Source: Nannocystis bainbridge | Lineage (GTDB): Bacteria > Myxococcota_A > Polyangia > Nannocystales > Nannocystaceae | DNA length: 64,000 bases | Direction of reading: 5' to 3' | Assembly: GCF_028368995.1 (NCBI RefSeq) | Contig: NZ_JAQNDL010000001.1 | Span: forward strand, 3,360,001-3,424,000 | In this document: positions 29,335 to 38,668 of the stretch, piece after piece | Layout of the letters: every line of letters begins with the position of its first letter | Position numbering within the stretch: position 1 is the first letter of the stretch | The notes under the pieces: model-generated | The model's database searches: none | Told to the model about the DNA's origin: nothing | What the model saw: the letters and a program-made list of their open reading frames with translations, nothing else | Program-made: the position numbers and the translations under genes

Positions 29335-31425
29335 ATGGCCACGCCGATCGACCGCGCGAGCCTGCTCGCCGACCTCTGCAACGACCGCGAGCTCGCGCGA
29401 CCGCGGCGCCTGATTCACGGCGCAGTCCTGCCCGGCGCTCACCTCGATCTCGAGGGCCTCGCGCTCGCCGACCTCCTCCCCGCGCTCGACCTCCCCGCCC
29501 TGCGCGGCCTGTGGCTCGGCGGCTGCGACCTCGGCCCCGACGCCGCCCGGACGCTCGCCGCCTTGCTCGCCCGTCACCCGAACCTCGGGCACCTCTCCCT
29601 GCGCAAGACCCCACTCGGCCCCCGCTCGCTCTCCGACCTCCTGCCCGCGCTCGCCGCCCACCCCGCGCTGCGCAGCCTCGACCTCGGCCACACGGGCCTC
29701 ATGCCTCACGAGACATGTCGCATCGGACATGCCCTCAAGGACATCGACGACCTCCGCCTCGACGGCCCCATCCCCCTCGACGGCCCCGCGATCGCCGAGT
29801 GGGCCGGGCTGCTCGCGCGAGGTCGCTGGCACCGCCTCGCCCTCCCCGCCGCCCTCGAAGCGCGCCCGCTGCTCGCCGCCCTCGAAACCAACTCCCGCCT
29901 CTGCGTCCTCGACCTCGAGGGCCTCGCCCCCGACCTGCGCGCCGACCTCCTCGCCCGCCTCGCCCGCAACGCCAACCGCAACCCCACGCGCCGGCCCGTC
30001 CCCGACCTCGCCCGCCTGCGCCGCGCCCTCCCGCCCCTCGCGCCCGCCTCCGACCTCCCGCCCCCGCTCACCGAGCCCGACCTCGACATCGCCCTCCGCC
30101 TCCTCTCGCACCTGTCCCTTCGGCCATCTCTCCTCCGTGGCGACCACCCCCGGCTCGTCGCCCTGCGTCAGGCTATTTACAACTTTCACCGCGACGATCG
30201 CCGCCACGCCCGCAGCGAGCGGCGCCGCGATCGTCAGCGGCGCGACGCCCAGGAGGCCGAAGATCGCCAGCGCGCCGAAGCGGCCGCCATTCGCAAGCGC
30301 CACCTCGGCGTCGCCGCCACCCCCGAGCCCCCGCCCGAGCCCACCGTCCACGAGTTGCACGCCCCGCGCCCCTGCTACGTGTGCAAGCAGCCCTACACCC
30401 GCCTGCATTTCTTCTACGACCGCCTGTGCCCCGCCTGCGCCGCCCGCAGCTACGCCCGCCGCGGTGATGCTGTCGACCTGCGCGGACGGATCGCCCTCGT
30501 CACTGGCGGCCGCATCAAGATCGGTCACCAGGTCGCCCTCCGTCTCCTGCGCTGGGGCGCGCGCGTCCTCGTCACCTCGCGCTTCGCCCGCGACACCGCC
30601 CGTCGCTTCGCCGACCAGCCCGACTTCGAAGCCTTCCGCGATCGCCTCGAGATCATCGCCCTCGATCTGCGGCAGATCCCCCGCGTCGAGGCCTTCGCCG
30701 CCAGGCTCGACGCCGAGCTGCCCGCCCTCGACATCCTCGTCAACAACGCCGCCCAGACCATCCACCGCCCGCCCGAGTTCTACGCCGCCCTGCTCGCCGA
30801 CGAGGCCCGCCCCGAGGCCCTGCCGCCGGCCCTGCAGTCCTTGCTCGCCGAACCACATGTCCCCGGGGACATCTCACTCCCCGAACACCCGCTGTTCCCC
30901 CAGCGCAGCGACGACGGCTTCGGCCAGCCGCTCGACCTGCGCGAGCGCAACAGCTGGCGCCTCCGCCTCGACGAGGTCGGCACCCTCGAGATGGTCGAGG
31001 TCCAGCTGATCAACGCCGTCGCCCCCTTCGTCCTCAACGCCCGCCTGCGGCACACCATGGCCCGCGCCGACCGGGCCGCCTTCGTCGTCAACGTCAGCGC
31101 CCCCGAGGGCCGGTTCGACCGCGACTGGAAGGCCCCCTTCCACCCGCACACCAACATGGCCAAGGCCGCCCTCAACATGATGACGCGCACCGCCGCCGAC
31201 GACTACGCGACTGACCGCATCTTCATGACCAGCGTCGACACCGGCTGGGCCTCCAACGAAAACCCCGCGCCGATCGCCGACGCCATGCGCGACCGCGGCT
31301 TCATGCCCCCCCTCGACCTCGTCGACGCCGCCGCCCGCGTCTGCGACCCAATCGTCCGCGGCCTCCGCGACGGCGAATTCCTGCGCGGCGTATTTTTAAA
31401 GGATTTCGAGCCGATCAGCTGGTAA
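29335..31425 (+). CDS. RNI-like LRR plus Zn-binding motif plus SDR oxidoreductase fusion
   Basis: LRGLWLGGCDLG / LRSLDLGHTGL repeats; CYVC..CPAC; TGGRIKIG, NNAAQT, HPHTNMAKAALNMMTRT. Confidence 0.85.
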   Translation: MATPIDRASLLADLCNDRELARPRRLIHGAVLPGAHLDLEGLALADLLPALDLPALRGLWLGGCDLGPDAARTLAALLARHPNLGHLSLRKTPLGPRSLSDLLPALAAHPALRSLDLGHTGLMPHETCRIGHALKDIDDLRLDGPIPLDGPAIAEWAGLLARGRWHRLALPAALEARPLLAALETNSRLCVLDLEGLAPDLRADLLARLARNANRNPTRRPVPDLARLRRALPPLAPASDLPPPLTEPDLDIALRLLSHLSLRPSLLRGDHPRLVALRQAIYNFHRDDRRHARSERRRDRQRRDAQEAEDRQRAEAAAIRKRHLGVAATPEPPPEPTVHELHAPRPCYVCKQPYTRLHFFYDRLCPACAARSYARRGDAVDLRGRIALVTGGRIKIGHQVALRLLRWGARVLVTSRFARDTARRFADQPDFEAFRDRLEIIALDLRQIPRVEAFAARLDAELPALDILVNNAAQTIHRPPEFYAALLADEARPEALPPALQSLLAEPHVPGDISLPEHPLFPQRSDDGFGQPLDLRERNSWRLRLDEVGTLEMVEVQLINAVAPFVLNARLRHTMARADRAAFVVNVSAPEGRFDRDWKAPFHPHTNMAKAALNMMTRTAADDYATDRIFMTSVDTGWASNENPAPIADAMRDRGFMPPLDLVDAAARVCDPIVRGLRDGEFLRGVFLKDFEPISW

Positions 31426-31470
31426 TGATAATATGTCCTTCGGGACATATTAGCATTCCTTCGGCCGCTT

Positions 31471-32532
31471 TCAGCATATGAACTGCTTGAACACCGCGCG
31501 CCGCACCTGCGCGCGGTCCCACGCCTCTCGCAACGGCGGAGCGTTCGCCGCCCTGTCGCGCGTCGAGTGCGGCGCCTCGGCGAAATCGACATCGTCGAGG
31601 TCCGCCTCGCTCGCCACCACCCGCAGCGACAGCGCCGCCAGCGTCAGCCCGCCCGCATCGCGGACGAACCGCAGCACCGGCGCCGCCCGGCCCGCCCCGC
31701 AGCGACAGCCACGATCGCCGCGCCGACCGATCAGCGTCAGCCCGCCCCGCGTCACCGGATGGCGCAGCCGCGTGTAGTAGCCGCGGTCGACGTCCTCTTC
31801 CAGCCACGCGACCTCGCCCGCGATCCGGCAGCCCGGCCGCAGCGTCCCGCCGGTCCATGCCGACCCGAAGAACGACTGCGCATAGTCCGGGTGCGACAGC
31901 AGCAACATCTCCGAGCGCTCGCGCCGGTCTCCGCACGCTTCGCATTGGAACTCGCCTGCGACGTGGGTCCACGGCGACGACCCGTCCTCCGGTTCCGACG
32001 CGCATCGGCGGTCCCACGACTCCGTCATGAACGCGCAAAGTCTCGCGGCACGGGCCTCCGGCGGCTCCGCGGCGACCGCCTGCAGCGCCGCCACGAACGC
32101 CGCGTGATCGCCGGCCCACAGCATCGACTCTCCGTTCGCGAAGTCGACCTCGCCCGCGACCTCGCGATCGTACGCATCCCCCAACAAGATGCTCTCGAGC
32201 GTCGTCGACGGCCCCTCGCCGACCCGCAGCCGCAGGATCACCGCGAAGCGAGCCCCGCAGTCGCAGCCGAACCATTCGTCCTCGTCGACCAGCAGCTGCA
32301 CCACCGTCGGATCGACCGGCTCGCGCACCCGCCACCACGACCCCTCCCACGCTCGCGCCGTCCCGATCGCCTCGCTGCCGGGCTCGAGCGGCTGAGGATC
32401 GCCAGACCTGAACCACCGGTTGCACAGCCCGTAGAACTCCGGCCCGAAGAATTTCGTCTGTCCGTCGAGCCAGAAGCGGTCCCCGCAGCGCGGACAGCTC
32501 GCTTCGCCGGAGTAGATGTCGAACGCTCCCAT
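31471..32532 (-). CDS. Hypothetical protein with repeated CxxC / CxC motifs
   Basis: CPRCG..CDCG in the first half and CEACG..CRCG in the second half. Confidence 0.6.
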   Translation of the reverse strand: MGAFDIYSGEASCPRCGDRFWLDGQTKFFGPEFYGLCNRWFRSGDPQPLEPGSEAIGTARAWEGSWWRVREPVDPTVVQLLVDEDEWFGCDCGARFAVILRLRVGEGPSTTLESILLGDAYDREVAGEVDFANGESMLWAGDHAAFVAALQAVAAEPPEARAARLCAFMTESWDRRCASEPEDGSSPWTHVAGEFQCEACGDRRERSEMLLLSHPDYAQSFFGSAWTGGTLRPGCRIAGEVAWLEEDVDRGYYTRLRHPVTRGGLTLIGRRGDRGCRCGAGRAAPVLRFVRDAGGLTLAALSLRVVASEADLDDVDFAEAPHSTRDRAANAPPLREAWDRAQVRRAVFKQFIC

Positions 32533-32535
32533 CGC

Positions 32536-33918
32536 TCACGGATCCGAGAGCAGGAGCAGGTTGGGGAAGCCGCCGAAGAGCAGGTCGTCGACGCCGTCGC
32601 CGTTGACGTCGCCGACCGCGGTGTACGTCGGCGTGTCGACGCCCGCACGCGAGAGGGGCAACGGGGCGGGCGGCCACGGATCCTGGCCCAGCGCCGCCGT
32701 GAAGCCGGACACGCCCCCGAGCGCCACGTCGAGGCGGTCGTCGCCATCGAAGCGTCCGCGCACGATGAGCGAGTACTTGTCGCCGGTCAGCACCGCCTCC
32801 GGCTCGGCCAGCGTGCCATCGTCTTCGACGGTGAACGAGCGCAGCACCGCCTGCGCGTCCTCCTGAACCAGCACCACCAGCGCGGGCCGTTCGCCATCGG
32901 CCGGATCGACGACCAACACCGGCCCGATCTCCCCGCTCCCGGTCAGCAACTGGCCCGGAGCGAAGGTCCCGTCCCCGGCGCCGAACATCGTCTCGATCGC
33001 ATCCTCCTCGGTCTGCCAGCGCTTGATCACCAGGTCGAGGTTGCCGTCCTCGTCGAGGTCGAACAGGACCACGCCATCTCGCACGATCATCGGCGCGGGG
33101 AACAAGTTCGAGGTGAACCCACCGAGGCCGTCGTTCAGCGCGACCGCGATGCCTCCGTTGTCGACGGCGACCACATCGAGGTCGCCGTCGCCGTCGATGT
33201 CGCCGTGGTCGCAGCCGCGCGCCTGCACCGGCAAGCCGATCGTGCTCGCCGGACCGAAGGCGCCCATACCTGTCCCCAGAGACAGCTCAGGATCGGAGTT
33301 GACGCCGCAGGCGAACAGGTCGGCCACGCCGTCGCCGGTGAAGTCGGCGAAGCTCATCTCGTCGGGGAACCCGAGCGGCTTCCACGTGGGCCCGGGGGTG
33401 AAGCCGCCCTGCCCGTCGCCCAGCTGGACGATGTAGCTCATGGCCGACATCGTCGCCACCTCGGCGGACGCTCCCAGCGGCAGCGGCTCGCTCGGATTCG
33501 GCGCCGGAACGATCGGCAACGGGAGCGCCTCGAGGGTGAACATGTCGAGGTGACCGTCGCCGTCGAAGTCGACGAACGTGACGTTCGAGATGAAGTCGAG
33601 GAAATCGAGCTCGATCGCCGCGAAACACAGCTCACCGGGCGTCGCCACGCCGTCGCCACAGCCGGCCTCGACAGGATCGCCGGTGGTGCTGGTCGTGCCG
33701 GTGCTCGTCCCGTCGCTCGTCGTCGTGCCCGCGGTCGTCGTCGGCGCTGTGGTCGACGTCGGGCCTCCTGTCGAAGAAGCGCTGACGCCGTCGCTGGTGG
33801 ACGTCGCGGCGCTCGAAGTGTCGCTCGATGTCTCGCCCTCGGTCTCGCTCCCGACGGGGTCGGGCGTACAGGCGAGCCCCGCGGCGAGCGCGAGCGCGAA
33901 GCAATCACGAACGATCAT
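32536..33918 (-). CDS. FG-GAP/VCBS repeat lipoprotein whose start codon lies at the intron 3' junction
   Basis: Lipobox LAC, Thr-rich linker, several DFDGDGHLD / DIDGDGDLD repeats. Confidence 0.9.
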   Translation of the reverse strand: MIVRDCFALALAAGLACTPDPVGSETEGETSSDTSSAATSTSDGVSASSTGGPTSTTAPTTTAGTTTSDGTSTGTTSTTGDPVEAGCGDGVATPGELCFAAIELDFLDFISNVTFVDFDGDGHLDMFTLEALPLPIVPAPNPSEPLPLGASAEVATMSAMSYIVQLGDGQGGFTPGPTWKPLGFPDEMSFADFTGDGVADLFACGVNSDPELSLGTGMGAFGPASTIGLPVQARGCDHGDIDGDGDLDVVAVDNGGIAVALNDGLGGFTSNLFPAPMIVRDGVVLFDLDEDGNLDLVIKRWQTEEDAIETMFGAGDGTFAPGQLLTGSGEIGPVLVVDPADGERPALVVLVQEDAQAVLRSFTVEDDGTLAEPEAVLTGDKYSLIVRGRFDGDDRLDVALGGVSGFTAALGQDPWPPAPLPLSRAGVDTPTYTAVGDVNGDGVDDLLFGGFPNLLLLSDP

Positions 33919-35930
33919 TGGTAGATCCTACCCTTCCTCTGCTTGAGCCGGAGGAAGGGCAGGACCCCCGTTCAAACCGTGCATGCGGATTTCCCGCACA
34001 CGGCTTACCGGTGGTCTCTCGAGCCGCCGCATTACGCGGCCTCCGGGTACTGCACGGTCCCCCGTAGACGGTGGAGACCGTGGTTGTGGAAGAAGTCGCG
34101 CGTCCAGCTCTCGACCTCACCTGCGCGGAGGTGCCGGCCCTTGCGCCTCATCATGAAGCGACGAAGGCGAGACCACACGTAGGTGTCGATCCGGTTGAAT
34201 TTCACGGCGGCGTTCCCGGTGCGGAAGTAGTTACCCCAGCCACGCAGCACCGGGTTGATGTCACGGATGATCACCCGCACATCTTTGGCCCCGTTGCGGT
34301 TCGAGCCGGTCAGCTCCTTCACGCGCTGCCGTGCCCGCGTCATGCTACGCGTCGAGGGCCAGCGCTGGAGGAAGTACACCCTGCGATGTTCCTTCTCCCA
34401 GATCGGCCCGGACATGCGCTTGCGCAGGTGGCAGCCGAGGAAGTCGAAGCCTTGCCGTCCCCAGCTCAGCTCGACTCGCCTCGTCTTCTCGGGATGCAGT
34501 TCCAGCTTGAGACGCCGCAGGATCTCGCGGACCCTGACCTCGGCCTCCTCGCACGCCTTCCTGGTCCCGCACAGGATCACGAAGTCGTCGCAGTAGCGCA
34601 CGAGCTCGCCCAGATGGGCGTGCCGTCGCTGCCACAGCTTGTCGAGGACACCGAGGTAGATGTTCGACAGCAGCGGTGAGATCACGCCGCCCTGGGGTGT
34701 CCCCGAGAGCATCGCCGTCACCTGGCCGTCTTCCATCACGCCGGCTTCGAGCCATTGCCGCACCAGCTTGAGGACCCTTCGATCCGAGATCCGCATCTCG
34801 ACGAGCTTCATCAGTCGCTCGTGATCGATGCTGCCGAAGTAGTCGCGGATGTCAGCGTCGAGCACATGGTTCCCACCTCGAGCTCCCAGCACGCGCAGTC
34901 GCTCGAGCGCCTGCGTCGCGCTGCGCTTCGGCCGGAAGCCGTACGAGCACGGAAGGAAATCCGCCTCGAAGATCGGCTCCAGCACCAGCTTCGCCGCCAT
35001 CTGCACCACTCGGTCCCGGACTGTCGGGATCCCCAGCGGCCGCTTCTTCCCGTCCGCCTTCGGGATGTACCGCCGCATGACCGCGCTCGGTCGGTACGTC
35101 CCGCCCTTGAGTTCGTCGGCGATCTCTTCGAGGAAGCGATCGACGCCGAGCTCTTCCACCTCGGCCAGCGTCTGGGCATCGACGCCCGCTGACCCCCTGT
35201 TCTTCTTCACCCGCCTCCATGCTTCCTTCAGGACGTCACGCCTGAAGATGCGGTCGTACAGCGCATGGAAGCGTCGACCCGGTTGCCGCTTGGCTGCGGC
35301 CCACAGTCGGCGTCGAAGTTCTCGCACTTTGTCACGCGGCCTGCGCCGCGTGGGGTGGTTGGGACCTGTCCTGCAGGCCATGCCCTCGCGCTTACCTTCT
35401 TCTCCGACACGACCACCCCAGGGGTCCTTCCCTCCGACTGCGTTGTTCTGCGCCGCCATCGCCGGTACTACGACCCCCTCGGACTCCCGCTGCACAGCGC
35501 TCGACTTCGCCTTCGGCTTATACGAGTCGCATCGCCCCGACACGGGCCGTGCAGACGGGCCTCTCCTGTTCCGCATCGCTCCTTGAACGCGTGCTGCGCC
35601 CCATACCCCGGGAGGACCCATCGCGCTTTCTGCTCCGGATGACTGCGCGGTGGGCGTGGCCTTCGCCGTGAGATGAGCGGCTCGGCTCCCCCATTGTTCA
35701 TCTGTCGAGGCTGCAGGCTTCACTTGATGTTGCGGCCCGCGTTCTTGCTCCCTCCGCAGAGGCTCTTGACGCCCCGCTCGGGCCGCGAGAATCTCTCCTC
35801 GCGCCTGGGGCCTGCTACCGGGCGCTCCGGCGCCTACCCGGGCGGGACTTTCACCCGCTGGAACGGTGCAGCATGACGCGGCCGAGCCGCCCCCTCCGGG
35901 GCCGAGCTCGTCCGCGTCGTCAGGACGCAC
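33917..35930 (-). mobile_element. Group II intron (full length)
   Basis: 5' GTGCG at 35930; domain V AAGCCGTGTGCGGGAAATCCGCATGCACGGTTT (34006-33974); domain VI hairpin ending ..CTACCAAT at 33917; internal RT/maturase ORF. Confidence 0.93.
34032..35381 (-). CDS. ltrA: Group II intron reverse transcriptase/maturase without endonuclease domain
   Basis: RPLGIPTVRDRVVQ, SYGFRP, DADIRDYFGSI, GTPQGGVISPLLSNIYL, RYCDD, FDFLG, X domain INPVLRGWGNYF. The frame stays open upstream to the host ATG at 35933. Confidence 0.95.
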   Translation of the reverse strand: MACRTGPNHPTRRRPRDKVRELRRRLWAAAKRQPGRRFHALYDRIFRRDVLKEAWRRVKKNRGSAGVDAQTLAEVEELGVDRFLEEIADELKGGTYRPSAVMRRYIPKADGKKRPLGIPTVRDRVVQMAAKLVLEPIFEADFLPCSYGFRPKRSATQALERLRVLGARGGNHVLDADIRDYFGSIDHERLMKLVEMRISDRRVLKLVRQWLEAGVMEDGQVTAMLSGTPQGGVISPLLSNIYLGVLDKLWQRRHAHLGELVRYCDDFVILCGTRKACEEAEVRVREILRRLKLELHPEKTRRVELSWGRQGFDFLGCHLRKRMSGPIWEKEHRRVYFLQRWPSTRSMTRARQRVKELTGSNRNGAKDVRVIIRDINPVLRGWGNYFRTGNAAVKFNRIDTYVWSRLRRFMMRRKGRHLRAGEVESWTRDFFHNHGLHRLRGTVQYPEAA

Positions 35931-36076
35931 CATCGCCCCACGCTATCAGACGCCGGCCGCGCGGTCGAGGGGCGCAGCGTCGACGAGGCTCCATGCCCGA
36001 GTACGCCCCGGGAACCTCCTTGCAGCGCTACGCACCTCGCCGCCACCGCAGCAGCGATCCGTCACACTTCGCTATC

Positions 36077-36119
36077 TCAGGACCGCACGTCGAGCACGCG
36101 CCCCATCCCGGCCCAGCGC
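36077..36119. repeat. Left direct repeat: copy of the 3' end of the EF-Tu-like gene
   Basis: tcaggaccgcacgtcgagcacgcgccccatccc (33 bp) is identical to 40715-40747. It is followed by ggcccagcgc, matching 40757-40766 after a 9-bp deletion. Confidence 0.9.
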
Positions 36120-36223
36120 CTGATCTCGCATCATGATGTGCACTTCGGCGCATCTTCGAGCGCGACGGGCCTTGCGATGGTCGGAGGGGCGTGTGATAGC
36201 CTACCTCGACGAAGGGTGTTCTC

Positions 36224-36604
36224 ATGATTTGCACGGTCTTCGCCAACGGGCGCGGTGTGGTCCACAGACAGAGCGGAGGCGTCAGCGTGGTGTTCCCGGA
36301 CGTGTGCAAGACGCCGACGCCGGGCGGCCCGGTGCCCATCCCGTATCCCAACACGGGCAAGGCTTCGGACACTTCCAAAGGGCCGAAGAGCATCTCGGTC
36401 GACGGTTGCATGCCGATGGTCGAGGGCGCCCAATACAGCCGTTCGTACGGGGACGAGCCGGGGACTGCCGGGGGCGTGATCTCGGGCACCAACCGAGGCC
36501 CCTGCGAGTTCATGAACTTCTCCTTCAACGTCAAGTTCGCGGGCAAGAATGTTTGCCGTCTTGGCGATCCGCTGCTGCACAACAAGAGGAACATCGGCGG
36601 GTGA
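36224..36604 (+). CDS. DUF4150 (PAAR-like) T6SS tip protein
   Basis: VFANGR..FPDVCKTPTPGGPVPIPYPN..S.GDEPGTAGGVISG..SFNVKFAGKNVCRLGD. Confidence 0.92.
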   Translation: MICTVFANGRGVVHRQSGGVSVVFPDVCKTPTPGGPVPIPYPNTGKASDTSKGPKSISVDGCMPMVEGAQYSRSYGDEPGTAGGVISGTNRGPCEFMNFSFNVKFAGKNVCRLGDPLLHNKRNIGG

Positions 36605-36614
36605 GGTCGCACAG

Positions 36615-37760
36615 ATGGTGCAGATCGGTGAACCCGTGGGAGTGTCCGGAGCCTCCAGTCCGCCCCCGGACTGGGCGGCCGAGGTGATCGAGGTCAGCTT
36701 CAATTCCGGGATCGCGGCGGCGCGGGACAAGGCTGCCATCCGAGCTCCCCACTGGAGCATCGGCGAAGATTTGTCCGACCTCTGGAAGCTCACCCAATCG
36801 CTCCGATTGCCCGAGGCCCCCTACTCGAAGAAGGCCGCCGTGTATCTCGTGGAGGGCGCTGGCGGCCCGAGAGAGGTCGAGGTCAAGGTACGGGTCAGCA
36901 AGTGCGTCAACATCTCCGGCATGGGGAAGTTGGTCGGCTCGCTCGGGCTCATCGTCATCGAAGGCGAATGCCCGCTCGCGGTCGGGCAACACACGGTCAA
37001 GGCGCAGATCCGGGAACTTCCCGAAGCCATCGCCCACCTCCGCGGCCTGCTCCAGTGGGGAATGGAAGCGGACAAGTTCGGCTGCTGGGCGCTCAATGCC
37101 AGCCTGGTCGAGTTGTTCTTCATCCTGGCCCGGCCGATCGCGGCTTACACACCTGGGGTATGGGTCGAAGCGCTGCGACTCGTCTGTCTCCGCGGGCCGG
37201 TGCTCGGTTTCAAACCGGACGAAGAAGCCAGGGTGGTCGCCAACATCACCCGCTACTGCCACTCGGACCACGAGATGAAATACGACACGCTCGGCGGCGA
37301 CGCGTCTTTCGATGTCGCCGGCGACGGCGGCGCGTTCAACCTCTCGAATTATCTGGCCAGGGCGACCTCGACCCTCAACTGTTACGATCAGGCCGGCGCA
37401 GTCCAGGCGCTCGCAGGTGCGGTCGGTGTCGTCGTCTCCTGGATCTACCTCGCTCCGTTCGGATGCATTCACACGACGGACCTCGTGGGCGTCGGGCGGT
37501 GCAACAACCCCTTCTTCGCCTTTATCGGCAGCGAGCCGGTCGTCGCCCCCGACGATCCGCAGAGGACAGCTTTCGGCAACCACGCCTTCGTCGAGCACGG
37601 CAAGATCCATGACGCCTGCGCCGGGCCGCACATCGGGACCGAGTCGCGCCCCCAGTACGTCGCAACTACGATCGACGCGGTCGCCACACGCGAGCAGGGG
37701 TACGATCCAGGCACCGCCGCAGACATGGAAATTTGCCCGGGTGTGACCAGCATCGTATGA
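36615..37760 (+). CDS. Putative T6SS effector with transglutaminase/papain-like Cys-His-Asp motifs
   Basis: Follows DUF4150; LNCYDQA, FGNHAFV, IHDACAGP. Confidence 0.6.
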   Translation: MVQIGEPVGVSGASSPPPDWAAEVIEVSFNSGIAAARDKAAIRAPHWSIGEDLSDLWKLTQSLRLPEAPYSKKAAVYLVEGAGGPREVEVKVRVSKCVNISGMGKLVGSLGLIVIEGECPLAVGQHTVKAQIRELPEAIAHLRGLLQWGMEADKFGCWALNASLVELFFILARPIAAYTPGVWVEALRLVCLRGPVLGFKPDEEARVVANITRYCHSDHEMKYDTLGGDASFDVAGDGGAFNLSNYLARATSTLNCYDQAGAVQALAGAVGVVVSWIYLAPFGCIHTTDLVGVGRCNNPFFAFIGSEPVVAPDDPQRTAFGNHAFVEHGKIHDACAGPHIGTESRPQYVATTIDAVATREQGYDPGTAADMEICPGVTSIV

Positions 37761-38668
37761 CGCTCCGCCTCACAGCGCTGGTGCTGCTGGCCTTCGCGCC
37801 TGGATGTGGCGCCCCTCATCGACCCGATCCACAGCAAGACAGTCGAGGAGCTCGCTCGATCATGACGAACCCCAAGGCCGAGACACTGAAGAGCAAGCTC
37901 GAGCTCGACAAGGTCGAGCTCACCGAACCCGCGCGAGGCGTCGAACTCGCGTGGACGACCGCGCTGGTGCGAGGTTTCCTGCCGGGCGCGAAGTGGGAGC
38001 TGCTGGGAGATACCACGCTCCCCGTCGAGCCCGGTGAAGCGATGCACAAGTGGATCTGGGGCGACGGGGCCGCCCGCCTCACCGTCGCGGTGTTCGTGTC
38101 GAGCGACGGTCCACTCGTCGCGCGCCGTCGACTCGTCACGCTCGCCACGGAGAACATGCGCCCGGACGTACCCTTCATCCGTGGTCCGGCAGATCTGGGC
38201 GATGTCTCGACGATCTTCGCCGTCCCACCCGCCTTCGCCCATCTGATCTGGGCTTACACGAACGTCTGCGTCGCCATCAAGACTCAGGACGCACCGGGCA
38301 TCGATGTGACGAACATCGCCGCAGCGATGCAAGAACACCTCGCCCGTCACGTCGTGCCACGAGTCAAGGGGGCGACGCCGCAGATCGAGCACGCGGAGCC
38401 GTCACTCAAGCAGGTGCCGGTCGGTACACCACTGACGATTCGGCTCCGGATGCGAAGCGAGGATGCTCCCCGCGAGCTGCAGGTCGCCATCAAGGAGCGT
38501 AACTCGACGCTCCGGATCGCCGGCGACCTGGGCCTCGTCACGACCTTGAGCGTCGACACGCCGGGGCCGCGGAAGCTGACCATGATGGTCGCCGACAAGA
38601 GTACCTTGCTGTCGACCTGGGCCAGCGTGATCTTCGAGGTCACGCCCCCGGCGCCGGTTAACGACTGA
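37757..38668 (+). CDS. Lipoprotein, putative immunity protein
   Basis: ATGA overlap with the putative effector; signal peptide ending APGC. Confidence 0.55.
   Translation: MTLRLTALVLLAFAPGCGAPHRPDPQQDSRGARSIMTNPKAETLKSKLELDKVELTEPARGVELAWTTALVRGFLPGAKWELLGDTTLPVEPGEAMHKWIWGDGAARLTVAVFVSSDGPLVARRRLVTLATENMRPDVPFIRGPADLGDVSTIFAVPPAFAHLIWAYTNVCVAIKTQDAPGIDVTNIAAAMQEHLARHVVPRVKGATPQIEHAEPSLKQVPVGTPLTIRLRMRSEDAPRELQVAIKERNSTLRIAGDLGLVTTLSVDTPGPRKLTMMVADKSTLLSTWASVIFEVTPPAPVND

Noticed and set aside
34032-35381. RT as a retron, DGR or defence RT
   Set aside because: The flanking GUGCG start, domain V/VI and maturase X domain identify a group II intron.
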